From positions 2,232,001 to 2,296,000 of the forward strand of contig NC_058368.1 in assembly GCF_018350175.1 (NCBI RefSeq): DNA of 64,000 nucleotides. Reading direction: 5' to 3'. The DNA is from Felis catus (Eukaryota). Of the stretch, positions 39,401 to 50,326 are shown piece by piece (within the stretch, counting starts at the first letter, position 1; each line of letters starts with the position of its first letter). The position numbers were made by a program, and so were the translations under genes. Under the pieces are notes generated by a model. The model did no database searches. It was not told the DNA's origin and was given only the letters and a program-made list of their open reading frames with translations.

Positions 39401-42400
39401 GGAGTTATTCTGGCTGCTGTGTGGAGAATGGACGGGGTACGGGGTGAGGAGAGGGCGCCAAAAATGTAGAGTACTACAATGATGTAACAAACCACGGATA
39501 ACTCAATGGCTTTAAAAAACCACCATGTATTATTTCCAGGAATCGTGGGGGTTAGCAGTTCAGGCCATGGTCAGCTGGACTGTTCTCCTGCTCCTTACAG
39601 TCAACTGGCAGCTCAGCCGGGGCAGGAGAGTCTAAGATGGTCTCATTCACACATCAAGGCCTTTGGCACTTAGCTCATCTTGGCTGGGCCTCTCTCTCCA
39701 TAGAGTCTGACCTCCCTTAAGGCAACCGGTTTCAAAGAGCTGAGACAGGAGAGGCATGCTGTCTTGATGCCTCGGGTCCAAATCTCACACATCACTTCTA
39801 TCACATTCTATTGATCAAAGCCAGTACAACGCAAACCCAGACTCGCAGGGCAGGCAAAGACTCCCCATCCTGACGAAAGGAGGTGCAAATTGCTGGAATC
39901 CTGTTTTTCCATCTGCTTCACAAGACAGAGATTTTATGGTGGCTTGAATGAATATAGTGGCAGGAGTGATGGTCGGCAGGCAGATTTAACGCCAGGATTT
40001 GCTGATTAATTGGCTATGGGATGATTTGTCAACCAAGAAACGAGAAGGATGAAACTCATTTACTGAGCTAGGACAGGAAGAGCTGGTTCAGGGGAGAGAG
40101 AGAGAGAGAGACAAGGGCAGAGAGAGACAAAGAAAGATACATGCTCTATCTTCTGTGTCACAAACTAGAAGAGGCCAGGGGAGAAGGAAAGTTTTATTTG
40201 TATCACTAGGGCATCACCCTCTTCCAAACAGTCTGCCTTGGTTTCTAAGTTGTCCAGTACCTTCTCCTTCGTATCTCCTGTCTTATAAGAAACCAGTGAA
40301 GACGCAAAGGATCAGTTTATATAAAAGAATATATAAAAGCTCTTTCTGAGGGCGCCTGGGTGGCTCAGTTGGTTGAGCATCTGACTTTGGCTCAGGTCAT
40401 GATCTCCCAGTTTGTGAGTTCAAGCCCCGCATTGGGCTCTGTGCTAACAGCTCAGAGCCTAGAGCCTGCTTCATACTCTGTGTCTCCCTCTCTCTTGGCC
40501 CCTCCACTGCTCGTGCTCTGTCTCTCTCTTTCTCAAAAATAAATAAACATTAAAAAAAAAAAAAGCTCTTTTTGTTCATTTGGGTTGGGCTGTTTTTGTT
40601 TTTTGGCCTTTTTTTTTTTTTTTTTTTTTTTTGGATACTTGTTTATAGAGCTCTCTCTGACCAGTTTGCTTTCTGGTCTCAACAGAGAATAACATAAGAA
40701 CAGATTAATTCACTAGCAGTGAAAAGAAAAAAAAAATCTGTTCTTTAGAAAAAGAAAAAAAAGGAAAGAAGGCTGGGATAATTATAGAATGTAAATAAGG
40801 CTTGCAGGGCACTATAGCTTTCAAAAGGCAAGTTATATAGAAAATTACTACACTCCAGGATCTGAGAACAGATAGGAAAAGGAAATAACAAAATAAGAAG
40901 GTTTTTAAAAATATTCTAAATGACATCTTAAATTTTCCTATAATTACGTCAACCACTGGCGATGAGACATAGGGAGCCAGAATTTTTTCTTAAATAACAT
41001 GAGCATAATTTCAAAGAATCACTGTTTCATCATCCAAAACAAAGACTACAGATACAGAACCAATAAGCATTCTCATCTAGGCTTCAACCCTGAAGACTAC
41101 TGAAATATATGTCAGATAATTACAATTTAATTAATATTGTTACTGTGGATGTTTGTTCTAACATATTCAAACACAATTCAAGTGAGTTTGAAGACCCTCA
41201 CTGTATGATTCTATTCAACTGAACACACATTAACTGAATGTCAAATGGAAATTAGACTCCCTAAGGGGCGCCTGGGTGGCTTAGTTGGTTGAGCATCTGA
41301 CTTCAGCTCAGGTGTTGGTCTCACGGCTCATGAGTTCAAGCCCCGCCTCGGGCTCTCTGCTGTCAGTGCACAGCCTGCTTCAGATCCTCTGTACCCACCC
41401 CTCCCCTCACCCCTCCCCTACTTGCGCACACGCTCTCTCTCTCTGTCAAAAATACATAAAAACATTTTTAAAAATGTATGCTCTAAACCCTAACGCAAAT
41501 CACTAAAATAACAGTTACAGCTGATAAGCCAACAAAGGAGAGAAAATAGAATCATTTAAAAAAACCGAAACTCAAAAATCATTTAAAAATTAACTCAAGG
41601 GGCGCCTGGGTGGCTCAGTCAGTTGAGCGTGGACTTTGGCTCAGGTCATGACCTGACTACCTAACTTAAACCTAACTACATCATAATCACACTACATGTT
41701 ACTGGTTAAAACACCTCAATTAAAATAGATTGTACAGCAGGGTGACTACAGTTGATAATATTAATGTATATTTAAAAGTTGCAGAGAGTTTACATTTAAA
41801 GTTCTCAACACAAGCAAAAAAATTACTTAACTATATGTGGGTGATGGACGTTAACCAGACTTACTGCAGTGATCATTTAATTATGTCAAATATATTTATA
41901 TTTTAAATTATTATGTTGTACACTTGAAGCTAATATAATGTTATATGTCAATTTTAGCTCTATAAAGCGCCCCCCAAAAAGGGGAAAAAAGGCCAGACAT
42001 TTCAGACTGGATTGAATTAAAACAAACAAAGAAACAAACAAACAAACAAAAAACCCAACTACATGCTGCTTATAGGAAATGCATTTCAATTCTTTTTTTA
42101 AAATAGGGATCACACCCAACATGAAGCCCAATGTGGGGCTTCAACTCACATCCCTGAGATCAAGAGTTGGGACGCTGAACCGACTGAGCCACCCAGGCAT
42201 TTTAAATGCATTTTAAATATAAAGACACAAACAAGTTAAAAGGGCGGGGAAGGATCTGCCATGCTAACTCTAATCACAAGGAACATTAGTGGTACTGTTA
42301 ACATCTGCCAAACTAGATTTGAAAGCAAACAATACCAGGGATAAGAAAGTCATTCCATAATGACAAAGGGTCAATTCACCAAGAGAACACAATAATCCCA

Positions 42401-44326
42401 AACATTATATGTACCTAATTACAGAGCTGAAAAATGCACGAAGCGAAAACTGCCAGAACTACAAGGAGAGACAAATGCGTAATTATAGTCATACCTCTCT
42501 CAATAATTCATTGCTAGAACAAAGAGCAAATCAGCAAGAACATAGGAGACCTGAAAGACACTGTCAACCAACTTGCCTTGACAGCCACAGCACATTATGA
42601 CATAATAGAAAACTCTACCTACTGGCAAACAGCAAAACACACGACTGAACACTGAATACGTTTTCCTCAAATGCAGATGAAATGCTTCTACCACAGACCA
42701 CATTGTGGGCCAAAAACCAAGCCCAGGTACATAAAGACTCGTGTCATGCAAGGTATGTCTTCCAACCACATGGAACTGATTCAAAATCAGTACCAAAAGG
42801 TATCTGGAAAAATCTTCAAATAACTGCAAACTAGCATAGTTCTAGTCTGACCCATGGGTCAAAGATGAAATCAAAAGTGAAATTAGAAAATTGTTTTAAC
42901 TGAATGAAAATGAAAGTATAACATATCAACATTGATGGGATGTGAATTAAGCAGTATCTGGAGTAAATTTCCAAGACTAAACACGTAAGAAAGGACTCAA
43001 ATCAGTGACTCCAGTTTCCATATTAAGAAACTAGAAAAAGAGGGGGTGTACCTGAGTGACTCAGTCGGTTGAGTGTCCAACTTGAGTTTGGTTCAGGTCA
43101 TGATCCCAGGGTCATGGGATGGAGCCCCTCCTTGGACTCCACGCTGGGCACGGAGCCTGCTTAAGATTCTCTCTCCCCCGTCCCCTCGGCCCTTCCCCTG
43201 CTCGCACTCTCTAAAAGGAAAAAAAAAAACCTAGAAAAAAGAGCAAAGGAACCCAAAGTAAAAGAAAGAAAAGAAATAATAAATATCAGACAAGAAATCC
43301 ATGAAATAGAAAATAAAATCAAGAAAAATCAAAAGCTGGTTCTTTTGAAATCAATAAAAAACACTGGAATCAACTGTGGCAAGAGCTATGCTCAATGTTG
43401 ATATTTCAACTATTTATCTTGCCTCATTCTAAATTTGAAGAAATTACGAAGGAGACACAGGAATGTCAGATATATAGACTCAGAGGTTACGTTTCTACTC
43501 TACACACTTCTCTCCGACAAAAGAGGCATATCCATCCTCGGGCAAACCACACAGCTGTTCCATGCAGTAGTTTCTTCATAAGTTAAATAAATGGAATGAT
43601 TAGATCATCTCTAAAATCTCTCTGGGCTCTAAGATCTTCTACATGCCACATAAGAGGGACACGTCTACTATTAACAGCTCTAGCTGACCTGAATGAGACA
43701 TCCTGATAAAACCCTGGGAACCTGAATTAGCACTTTGCTCAGAAATAACCATCTTGACCAAAGTGTAAAAATGGGGCAATCCGCCCATAAATTCATGTTT
43801 AAATATCAGCCTTGGGAGAAACTCAAAAGAGGAGTTCAGCTGAACACCAAGCACCGATATGACTAATTACTTGATCCTTATTTCTCTGCTTATCACCCTT
43901 GTAACATGGCCACCTTCGATTAATTCTTACTCAACTTTGTCCTCAATATTATTCCGTCTTGTAACAGGAATTACACATTTCATACGTGTGTGTATGGAAT
44001 TACAAAATTAGAAACTTACAGAGGCTAAGATGGAATGAGGGCCTCTCATAACCCATTTGTCAACTGTCTTCCTGTGGGCCAGGCATTTTAATTGTCTGAG
44101 ATATTTAGGAACCCTCTGAGGCTACCTTTTAGGAGAAAATTACCTTCTATACATATATTACAGATAAGACTGAAATCTGCCTTCAGTGTACAGATCCTGA
44201 TAACCAAGTAGACTATTCTTGCATAGTAGTTAATTTTATTTTTTTTATTTTTTTAATATTTATTCATTTTTTCAGAGGCAGAGAGAGACAGAGCATGAGC
44301 AGGTAAGGGGCAGAGAGAGAGAGAGA

Positions 44327-44379
<53 letters not shown>

Positions 44380-47300
44380 TCCGAAGCAGGCTCCAGGCTC
44401 CAAGCCGTCAGCACAGAGTCCGACACGGGGCTCGAACTCAAGAACCGCGAGATCACGACCTAAGCTGAAGTCGGACGCTTAACCGCCTGACCCATCCAGG
44501 CACCCCACATAGCAGCTAATTTTAAAAGCACGGGTTCTAGCTCCAAGCCACTTGACGCCACTTACTGGTTGTATGACCCTGGACAAATTATTTCATTTCT
44601 GAGTATTAAATGAATTAACACAGTAAAGATACAATCATCCTTTCCCATCTGGTTTGATAAAAAAATTACCAGGAACTAAGAAAACTCTATAAAAATTATT
44701 AAAACAGCAATTTATTTTTTTATTTTAATTCATGTAGTTAACATACTAGTGTTGTATCAGTTTCAGGTGTAAAACAGGCCGATTCAACAATTGCATACAG
44801 CACTCCGTGCTCATCAAGTGTACTCTTAATTCCCTTCACCGACTTTACCAATCCTCTCACCTACCTCCCCTATGTTCTCTGTAATTAACAGCCCATTTTT
44901 TGGTTTGCCTTTTTTTTCCCTGTTGTTCGTTTGTTCTGTTTCTTAAATTCCACCTAAGAGTGAAATCACATGATATTTTTCTTTAACTGATTTCATTTAG
45001 TATAATAGTCTCTAGCTCCGTCCATGTTGTTGCAAATGGCAAGATTTCATTCTTTTTTATGGCCGAGTAATATTCCCTTGTATATATACACCATTTCCTC
45101 TTTATCCGTTCATCAACCGGTGGATACTTGGGCTACTTCTGCAGTGTAGCTATTGTAAATAATGCTAAAACAGCACTTCAAGTAAAACTCACACTTCACT
45201 CAACTTAAAGCAAAGTTATATAGCGATATATTCTAGTGGCAGGGTCCGTGCTATGAAAACATAAATATATATAAGCAGTAAAGATAGTTTTACTATGAAA
45301 GTGAATGAGCTTTTATGCTCAACCAGAGTCCCGTGACACTGCACACCTCCCAAATCCTCCCTAGTTAAACTCAGATAACTTAGAAGTATTAAAAATTTTT
45401 TAAATATTTATTTATTATTTTGAGAGAGACAGGGACAGAGTGTGAGTGGGAGAGGGGCAGAGAGGGAGAGGGAGACACAGAATCCGAAAGCAGGCTCCAG
45501 GCTCTGAGCTATCAGCATGGAGCCCGACGTGGGGCTCGAACCACCAGACCACGAGATCATGATCTGAGCCAAAGTCGGACACTTACCTGACTGAGCCACC
45601 CAGGCGTCCCAAACTTAGAAGTACTGAATGCAGGCCCTATGGAAGACCTTTCACTACTGAATATTTTAAAATTTTGTCAAGCACTGGGCCTTAATTGTTG
45701 CAGAATGTGTAACTTCATGAAATCCTGGGGTATGCTCTCTAAAGGATGGGCCTAAAGCCTAACTCAAGGTACGATCTCCAGAAAGGGCAACCACTTATCC
45801 CCACCAAAACCCCTTCCCCAATCACGGAACAATTATAGTTGCACTGACTCACTAAAGGTTACCTGGAGAGAATAAAGATGTAGATCACAGTACAACGGCC
45901 ACTCAACAATTGTGTGACCAAAGGACGACCTATGTGCTCAGTCTCATTTCCTACATCTGTAGAGACACCTCTGCTATGAGATACTGAGGATTAAAGGAGA
46001 GAATGAATAAAATGTCCCCTCCACCCACACTCGCACCCAGCACTTCCCAATTCATATTCATTTCCCTTTCCTTATGTTTAATGTCACCTTTTGATATTCT
46101 GGACAAAACCCAACTATAGGTTAAGACGTGTGATTTCAACGTAACAGCGTTCCTTCACAAGATGCACTTCGAAGCCACTGTGGCGTTAGAATGGCGTGGG
46201 AATAATCTTCTGACAGAATTAAATGAGACTGGTACCACTTCTGGAATAAACGCCCACTTCAGAGTAAATAAGACCAAGTATTATCAAAAGCGGAAGAGAA
46301 TCAATCCTATGATCACTATCACTTTTGGGAAGCAGCTTCAAGAAATACCTAAATCTAGTCAATTTTAACGGATTCAAACATCATTTTTCAATCACATTCA
46401 ACAGATGAACGCTATTATTATTGACAGCTAATTTATTCTGGGCCTAGTCGCAGGGGTAGTTTTCTGTATAATTTTTTTTTAATTTTTTAAAATGTTTATT
46501 TATTTTTGAGACAGAGAGGGACAGAGCATGAATGGGGGGACGGTCAGAGAGAGAGGGAGACACAGAATCGGAAGCAGGTGCCAGGCTCTGAGCCGTCAGC
46601 CCAGAGCCCGACACGGGGCTCGAACTCGTGAGCCACAAGATCGTGACCTGAGCCGAAGTCGGACACTTAACCGACTGAGCCACCCAGGCGCCCCTGTATA
46701 ATTTTTTTGAAGGTGGTTATTTTCATTTAAAAACCGACCCTGAAACTTCCTGAACCAAAGCATTCTTTCACGTGCAGAACTCGGTCCAAACCAAGTAGAG
46801 AGCTGCACAGATCCCAGAGCCACAACCCGACGCGTCCCGGGTTTGCCACTTGCAAGAGGACTGGGTGGTGTAACTACTTTTCATTTCATCCTGTTGGGAT
46901 CAGTCTAGCTCAGGTGGCTCTTTTATTAAGTGCATGTCACAAGAGCCCTCTGGATAGCTTTGGCCTCAGTCTGGGGACGAACTAGATCATTCTGGGATGC
47001 CAAGGGACTGCTTTTACTAACACCACTTCCCACTCGGTCCTAAGTTTTCACGAAGCACTGGTATAAACAGCAGACATACGGGAAAGCAGAAGGCTAGCCT
47101 AACCGTCTAGCCTAACCCTAGAACAGCCGCACACCCAAAGCCTACGAACATTTAAGGCCGAGCAACCGATCACTGTGACACACACAGTCGGAGCCCTCAA
47201 ACAACGTTTTGATTACAAACAATTCCCTTCCATCTTAACGGCAACTTATTCAAATCGGAATCGTACATCCTCGAAGCGTGCCGCCATGCTACTCCTCTTT

Positions 47301-47737
47301 TTTTTTTTTTAATCCCAGGGAACCTGGTGAGAAACTGGGTACGAAGAACTAACGAGAGAATCGGCAGTAACGAACATAAGACCTCAAACCCCCAGCATGG
47401 ACGTAATATAAAAGAGAATCGGGCTAGGTCTCATCTCACTCATTCTTTCGGTCTTAAAAATGGCATTTTGTGTAAGTTCCTGGACTCAGACTCGAAAGAA
47501 ATGAACTTTAAAACGGGTCCCGCGCCACGAGAAATCAGAAGCGGGCGCTCACTCTTGCGCCGCTCACCTGCCTGCGGTCAGCAGGGGACAGCGAACAGAC
47601 CACCTGTCCGCACCCCCCCCCCCCCGCCACGGCCCCCAGCCGGCTCTTCGGGTGGCACAGTTTTCCTCTCGCGCTGGTTAGGCGATCTAGGAGGGACAGA
47701 TTTCTTTATTGCCAACATTAACAAAAGCAAAGACTGC

Positions 47738-47792
<55 letters not shown>

Positions 47793-48250
47793 CGACGATG
47801 TGCGGCTGCTCCTTTCGAGGAAAGCCCCTCTCTGAGCGCTCCGCCCCAGGAGAACGAGGCGCCCGCGGGGGACCGCAGACCCCAGGACGCTCACACCGCC
47901 TCGCTCCGCCCCGACCTCGGCCCCGAGGAGCGCGGCGCGGGGTGTCGCGCACGCCGGAAGGCCGCGCCGCCCCGCACCGCCGCGACAAAGCCACGGGCGC
48001 GGCGGCCCGGCCTTCCTCCCGGGTCTGGGCCGGACCCCGGCCGCCTGGCGAGCGCAGGCGCCGGCCGGCGGGGCGCGGGGCCGCAGAGGCCCGGCCTTCC
48101 GCCCGCCCGCAGCCCGGCCGCCGGGTACTCACACACGCACAGCTCCACCACGTACGCGTAGTAGGACCAGACGACCACGAAGGTGATGAAGAGCACCGGC
48201 ACCCAGCCCACGCCGCGCTGGCAGCAGCGCCAGAACGTCCACGGCGCCAT
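1581..48250 (-). CDS. ZDHHC20: ZDHHC20 palmitoyltransferase, spliced CDS exons 1-7 (partial; 3' exons lie left of the window)
   Basis: Joined exons 48250-48133, 23367-23341, 18937-18834, 12860-12740, 4426-4357, 2811-2779 and 1701-1581 give 594 nt with no stop: [202 protein letters not shown] cysteine-rich domain with Cys at codon 156; matches the ZDHHC20 sequence as I recall it. Confidence 0.97.
2779..2811 (-). CDS. ZDHHC20: ZDHHC20 exon 6 (33 nt; [11 protein letters not shown], catalytic DHHC motif)
   Basis: ttttttag|ATGTATTCTTAAGATGGATCATCACTGTCCTTG|gtatgt; phase 2/2. Confidence 0.96.
3396..3800 (-). mobile_element. Tigger-family non-autonomous DNA transposon (MER44-like)
   Basis: Terminal inverted repeats CAGCCGTCTCCCCTATCT and AGATAAGAGGGGACTGCTG, TA on both sides; interior resembles MER44. 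Confidence 0.8.
4357..4426 (-). CDS. ZDHHC20: ZDHHC20 exon 5 (70 nt; [23 protein letters not shown])
   Basis: aatgtag|CCATCAGA...TGTGACAT|gtaagt; zinc-binding CxxC...HHC..C part of the DHHC domain. Confidence 0.96.
9105..9165 (+). pseudogene. Degenerate U6 snRNA fragment (central region including the ACAGAGA box)
   Basis: Ungapped manual alignment to U6 nt ~21-81 at about 70% identity, mostly transitions; retains ACAGAGAAG and GGCCCC. Confidence 0.7.
11226..12455 (+). repeat. Near-perfect ~553-bp tandem duplication in intron 4 (11226-11778 vs 11902-12455)
   Basis: The copies appear identical apart from one A in a homopolymer; ORFs 11251..11466 and 11927..12142 have identical translations. 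The copies are separated by a SINE 3' end and A38. Confidence 0.95.
12740..12860 (-). CDS. ZDHHC20: ZDHHC20 exon 4 (121 nt; [40 protein letters not shown])
   Basis: ctccttttatag|TTCTAT...TCAAGGA|gtaaga. Confidence 0.96.
16693..16903 (-). mobile_element. Felid Can-SINE
   Basis: Full-length; TSD CACATGTATTATTAATTT and CACGTGTATTATTAATTT. Confidence 0.92.
17400..17990 (+). mobile_element. Ancient L1ME-type 3' end
   Basis: cacggatgaatctcgcaaacagaatgttaatgaaagaagccagacac and the downstream L1 3' signature. Confidence 0.7.
18834..18937 (-). CDS. ZDHHC20: ZDHHC20 exon 3 (104 nt; [34 protein letters not shown])
   Basis: tttaccag|GAAAGG...AAAGAG|gtaaat; encodes TM2. Confidence 0.96.
23341..23367 (-). 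CDS. ZDHHC20: ZDHHC20 exon 2, 27-nt microexon ([10 protein letters not shown])
   Basis: Minus strand ttcttctattctag|TTACTCTCTCTGGAAATGGAGAAAACG|gtaagg; phase 1/1 fits both neighbours. Confidence 0.92.
23525..23834 (-). mobile_element. Short carnivore L1 3' UTR insertion
   Basis: T-rich tail on the left; TSD AAGATTGCACACTTT (23510-23524) and AAGACTGCACACTTT (23835-23849). Confidence 0.85.
26440..28220 (-). mobile_element. Ancient L1M ORF2/3' remnant, interrupted by a SINE at ~27428-27600
   Basis: ORF 27525..27908(-) gives [24 protein letters not shown]...[13 protein letters not shown], homologous to L1 ORF2; boundaries approximate. Confidence 0.8.
29080..29500 (+). mobile_element. Nested SINEs: younger Can-SINE (29194-29413) inside an older Can-SINE
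   Basis: TSD AAGATTCTTTCTCTC at 29179-29193 and 29414-29428; the older element resumes afterwards. Confidence 0.9.
32712..33045 (+). mobile_element. MaLR LTR (MLT1A-like) nested in an old L1M 3' fragment
   Basis: ggggcctttgggaggtgattaggtcat...aatgggattagtgccctcat...gagaaataaatttctgttgtttataagccac. Confidence 0.8.
33520..34790 (-). mobile_element. Ancient L1M ORF2 remnant with inserted SINE
   Basis: Degenerate ORF2-like peptide in ORF 34015..34215(-); boundaries approximate. Confidence 0.6.
35391..37106 (+). mobile_element. 5'-truncated L1 (degenerate ORF2 3' part plus 3' UTR)
   Basis: [33 protein letters not shown] in ORF 35294..35491; TSD AAACTCGTAATATGCA (35375-35390) and AAACTTGTAATATGCA (37107-37122). 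Confidence 0.93.
39465..39920 (-). mobile_element. Old MaLR LTR (MLT1-type), degenerate
   Basis: gtaacaaaccac...actcaatggcttt and catcacttctatcacattctattgatcaaagc motifs. Confidence 0.6.
41470..43360 (+). mobile_element. Ancient L1M remnant (ORF2 endonuclease region) with nested SINE/L1 pieces
   Basis: A-rich L1-like motifs (acccaactacatgctgcttataggaaa; aattagaaaattgttttaactgaatgaaaatgaaagtataacatatcaa); boundaries approximate. Confidence 0.7.
44713..45165 (-). mobile_element. L1 3' end fragment
   Basis: Typical L1 3' sequence (gttgcaaatggcaagatttcattctttttt); TSD TAAAACAGCAATT and TAAAACAGCACTT. Confidence 0.85.
47739..47790. repeat. (AC)26 microsatellite, proximal intron 1
   Basis: Directly visible. 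Confidence 0.97.
48133..48250 (-). CDS. ZDHHC20: ZDHHC20 coding exon 1 (118 nt; [10 protein letters not shown]...VELCV)
   Basis: ATG in strong Kozak context (AAC ATG G); donor T|GTGAGT; encodes TM1. Confidence 0.96.
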
Positions 48251-48306
48251 GTTCCGCTGGCGGCTGCAGAAGCGGGCGCCCCACGGTCGAGGGGAGCGCC
48301 AGGCCC

Positions 48307-48355
<49 letters not shown>

Positions 48356-48499
48356 CTCGGGAGCTCCGGGCCGCTCCTCGTCCAGGCGCCCCGCCTCCGA
48401 GGCCGAGCTCGAGCCCGAGCCCCAGGAAGAGTAGATGGGAGGCCCCTCCGCGACTCCTCCCCGCGCCTCGCCCGGCCGGGTCCCGCCCGGGTCCTGCAT
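48251..48499 (-). CDS. ZDHHC20: Putative in-frame N-terminal extension of ZDHHC20 (83 aa, MQDPGG...P15...RQRN)
   Basis: ATG at 48499-48497 lies 249 nt upstream of and in frame with the main ATG, with no intervening stop or other ATG. Whether it is used is inferred. Confidence 0.55.
48309..48353. repeat. Pure (GGC)15 trinucleotide repeat in the ZDHHC20 5' leader
   Basis: 45 uninterrupted nt of GGC, about 60 nt upstream of the main ATG on the gene strand. Confidence 0.97.
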
Positions 48500-49898
48500 C
48501 CCGCCGCCCCCACCCCCACCCCGCCCCCGCGCCCACGCCCGCCCCGCCTCCGCGCGCCGCAGCCCGCGCCGCGCCTCCGGGGGCGTGGCTCCCGCCGCCA
48601 GAGGAGGCGGGGCCCGGGCGTGGGGGCGGGGCCTGCGCCGGCGGCGGCCGTTGGGGCGTGGCGGGGCTGGGTGCGGACCGGCCCGGGGGGCGGGGGAGGC
48701 CGCGGCGGCCGAGAAGGAAGCGAGCCCGGCGCGGTGCGCGCGGCGACGGACGCTTCCTGGATGGCTGCCCGGGAGAGGACGTGGCTCTCGTGGATTGCGT
48801 CTCACGTCGGGGGGCAGCTGGGAATGATTTCCTTGGCCGGGTCGTGGGCCTCGGGCCACGAAGTACGGAACTTGCTCCCCTGGGGTCCTGCGGACTCTGA
48901 CTGGTCGGGGCCCATTTTCCGATAAGGAGCAGACCGTGCCCCCGTCAAGTGCGGGCGAGGAATGGGTATTGTTTGTTTTAAGCTCCTCCGATGCTTACGA
49001 TGACATCTCAGGTTAGGAACCCCTGTACTTGGAAGTAATATGCTCCGTATTGCAGGCAGAACTGACAGATGAAAACACCCCTTTGATCCATCCCTCCTTC
49101 CCAGGAGGAGGAGGTGCCCAGGGGCGACCTCAGACCCCAGGGCGTTATCATTTTTCGAAGATGGAACTGGTAGTTGCCTGAGATTTATTATAGAAGCCAT
49201 GTAGCATCTGGCAATTTGATCTGGAACCCAAATTTAAGATCGGGTGTGAGAAGTGGGGGAACCACCGGCTCCCTGCCCCCCAAACGACTACTGAATCTTC
49301 GAGAATTTATTTACAACTGGGGCACCTTGCTAAATGATGCCTGTAGTCATAACAACCCTGAAGCATCACTGTGAAGACATCATAATACAAGGTCAGGAGC
49401 ATGACAAGTTATTCCAAGCCGCATTTCCAGTTGCTCTCATGTCTATTTTGGTTAGACTAAGATTTTAATTAGCTACTGCTCTCCACGTCTCCGTGAGATG
49501 GATTTCCCCCTTTTATGGGTGTGATAAAAAGCTAGTGAGAGCAAATAATATTTAACCACCGTACACGGTGCTAGAAACAATAAAGGATGTGGGAAATATT
49601 TTGTTGTCCCAGATTCTGTGTCTTGAAAGTGGTGTTAGTGGCAAAACTGACAGCAGGTTGAAGGCATTAAAGTCGAGCAAATTCAGCTTCTTGTCCAGAG
49701 AGGCTTCTCAAGGAGGTTTAGGCTTCAGGCTGGAATTTGGATTGACAGGCAAGACCATAACTTAAAGCCTTTTTCCTTCCTGCCATCCTGTATATAAAAA
49801 TCATCCTACTAAAGCTCAGTACAAATGCCATGTCCTCTAGAAGTCATTCTTAATCTGGGAATGATTCATTTCCATTGTGCCATTTTGCTCATAATAGA

Positions 49899-50326
49899 CG
49901 TATTAGTTTCCTAGGACTGCCATAACAAAGTACCACAAACTGAATGGCTTAACACAACAGAAATGTATTGTCTCAGAGTTGTGAAGGCTAGAAGTCCTAA
50001 ATTAAGGTGACGGCAGGGCTGTACTCCCTCTGAAAATTATAGAGGATAGTCCTTGCCCATTTCTGGTAGCAGCCAGCAATCCTGAGGATTCCTCGGCTTG
50101 CAGCTATATCACTCTAATCTCTGCCTCGATTGTCGCTTGATGTTTTCCCTTCCTGTGTCTGTATCCGTCTTTCTCTATTGGATTAAGGACCCATCCTACT
50201 CCAGTACTACCGCGTCTTAAGTAACAATATCTGCAAGAATTCTATTTCCAAATAAGGTCACGTTCTAAAGTACTGGGGGTTAGGACTTCAACATATCTTT
50301 TGGGGAACACCATCCGACCCACAACA
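49899..50326 (-). mobile_element. MaLR LTR (MLT1-type)
   Basis: gtattagtttcctaggactgccataacaaagtaccacaaactg...ggggttaggacttcaacatatcttttgggg is characteristic of MLT1. Confidence 0.85.

Larger units (their letters stand above)
47500..48960. promoter_or_regulatory. CpG island / ZDHHC20 promoter
   Basis: Very GC- and CpG-rich against the CpG-depleted flanks; spans exon 1; GC boxes GGGGCGGGGC (48623-48632) and GGGGCGTGGC (~48580, ~48653); no obvious TATA box. Confidence 0.92.

Noticed and set aside
41599..41652. tRNA-like SINE head without a tail
   Set aside because: Truncated Can-SINE fragment, not a tRNA gene; no cloverleaf completion.
47092..47120. Short repeat CTAGCCTAACC x2 with a telomere-like CTAACCCTA
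   Set aside because: Too short to distinguish from a chance micro-duplication.
47327..48925. 532-aa plus-strand ORF antisense to exon 1, and the overlapping 313-aa and 130-150-aa ORFs
   Set aside because: Low-complexity Arg/Pro/Gly translation running through (AC)n and (GGC)n repeats; stop codons are rare in CpG islands; no recognisable domain.
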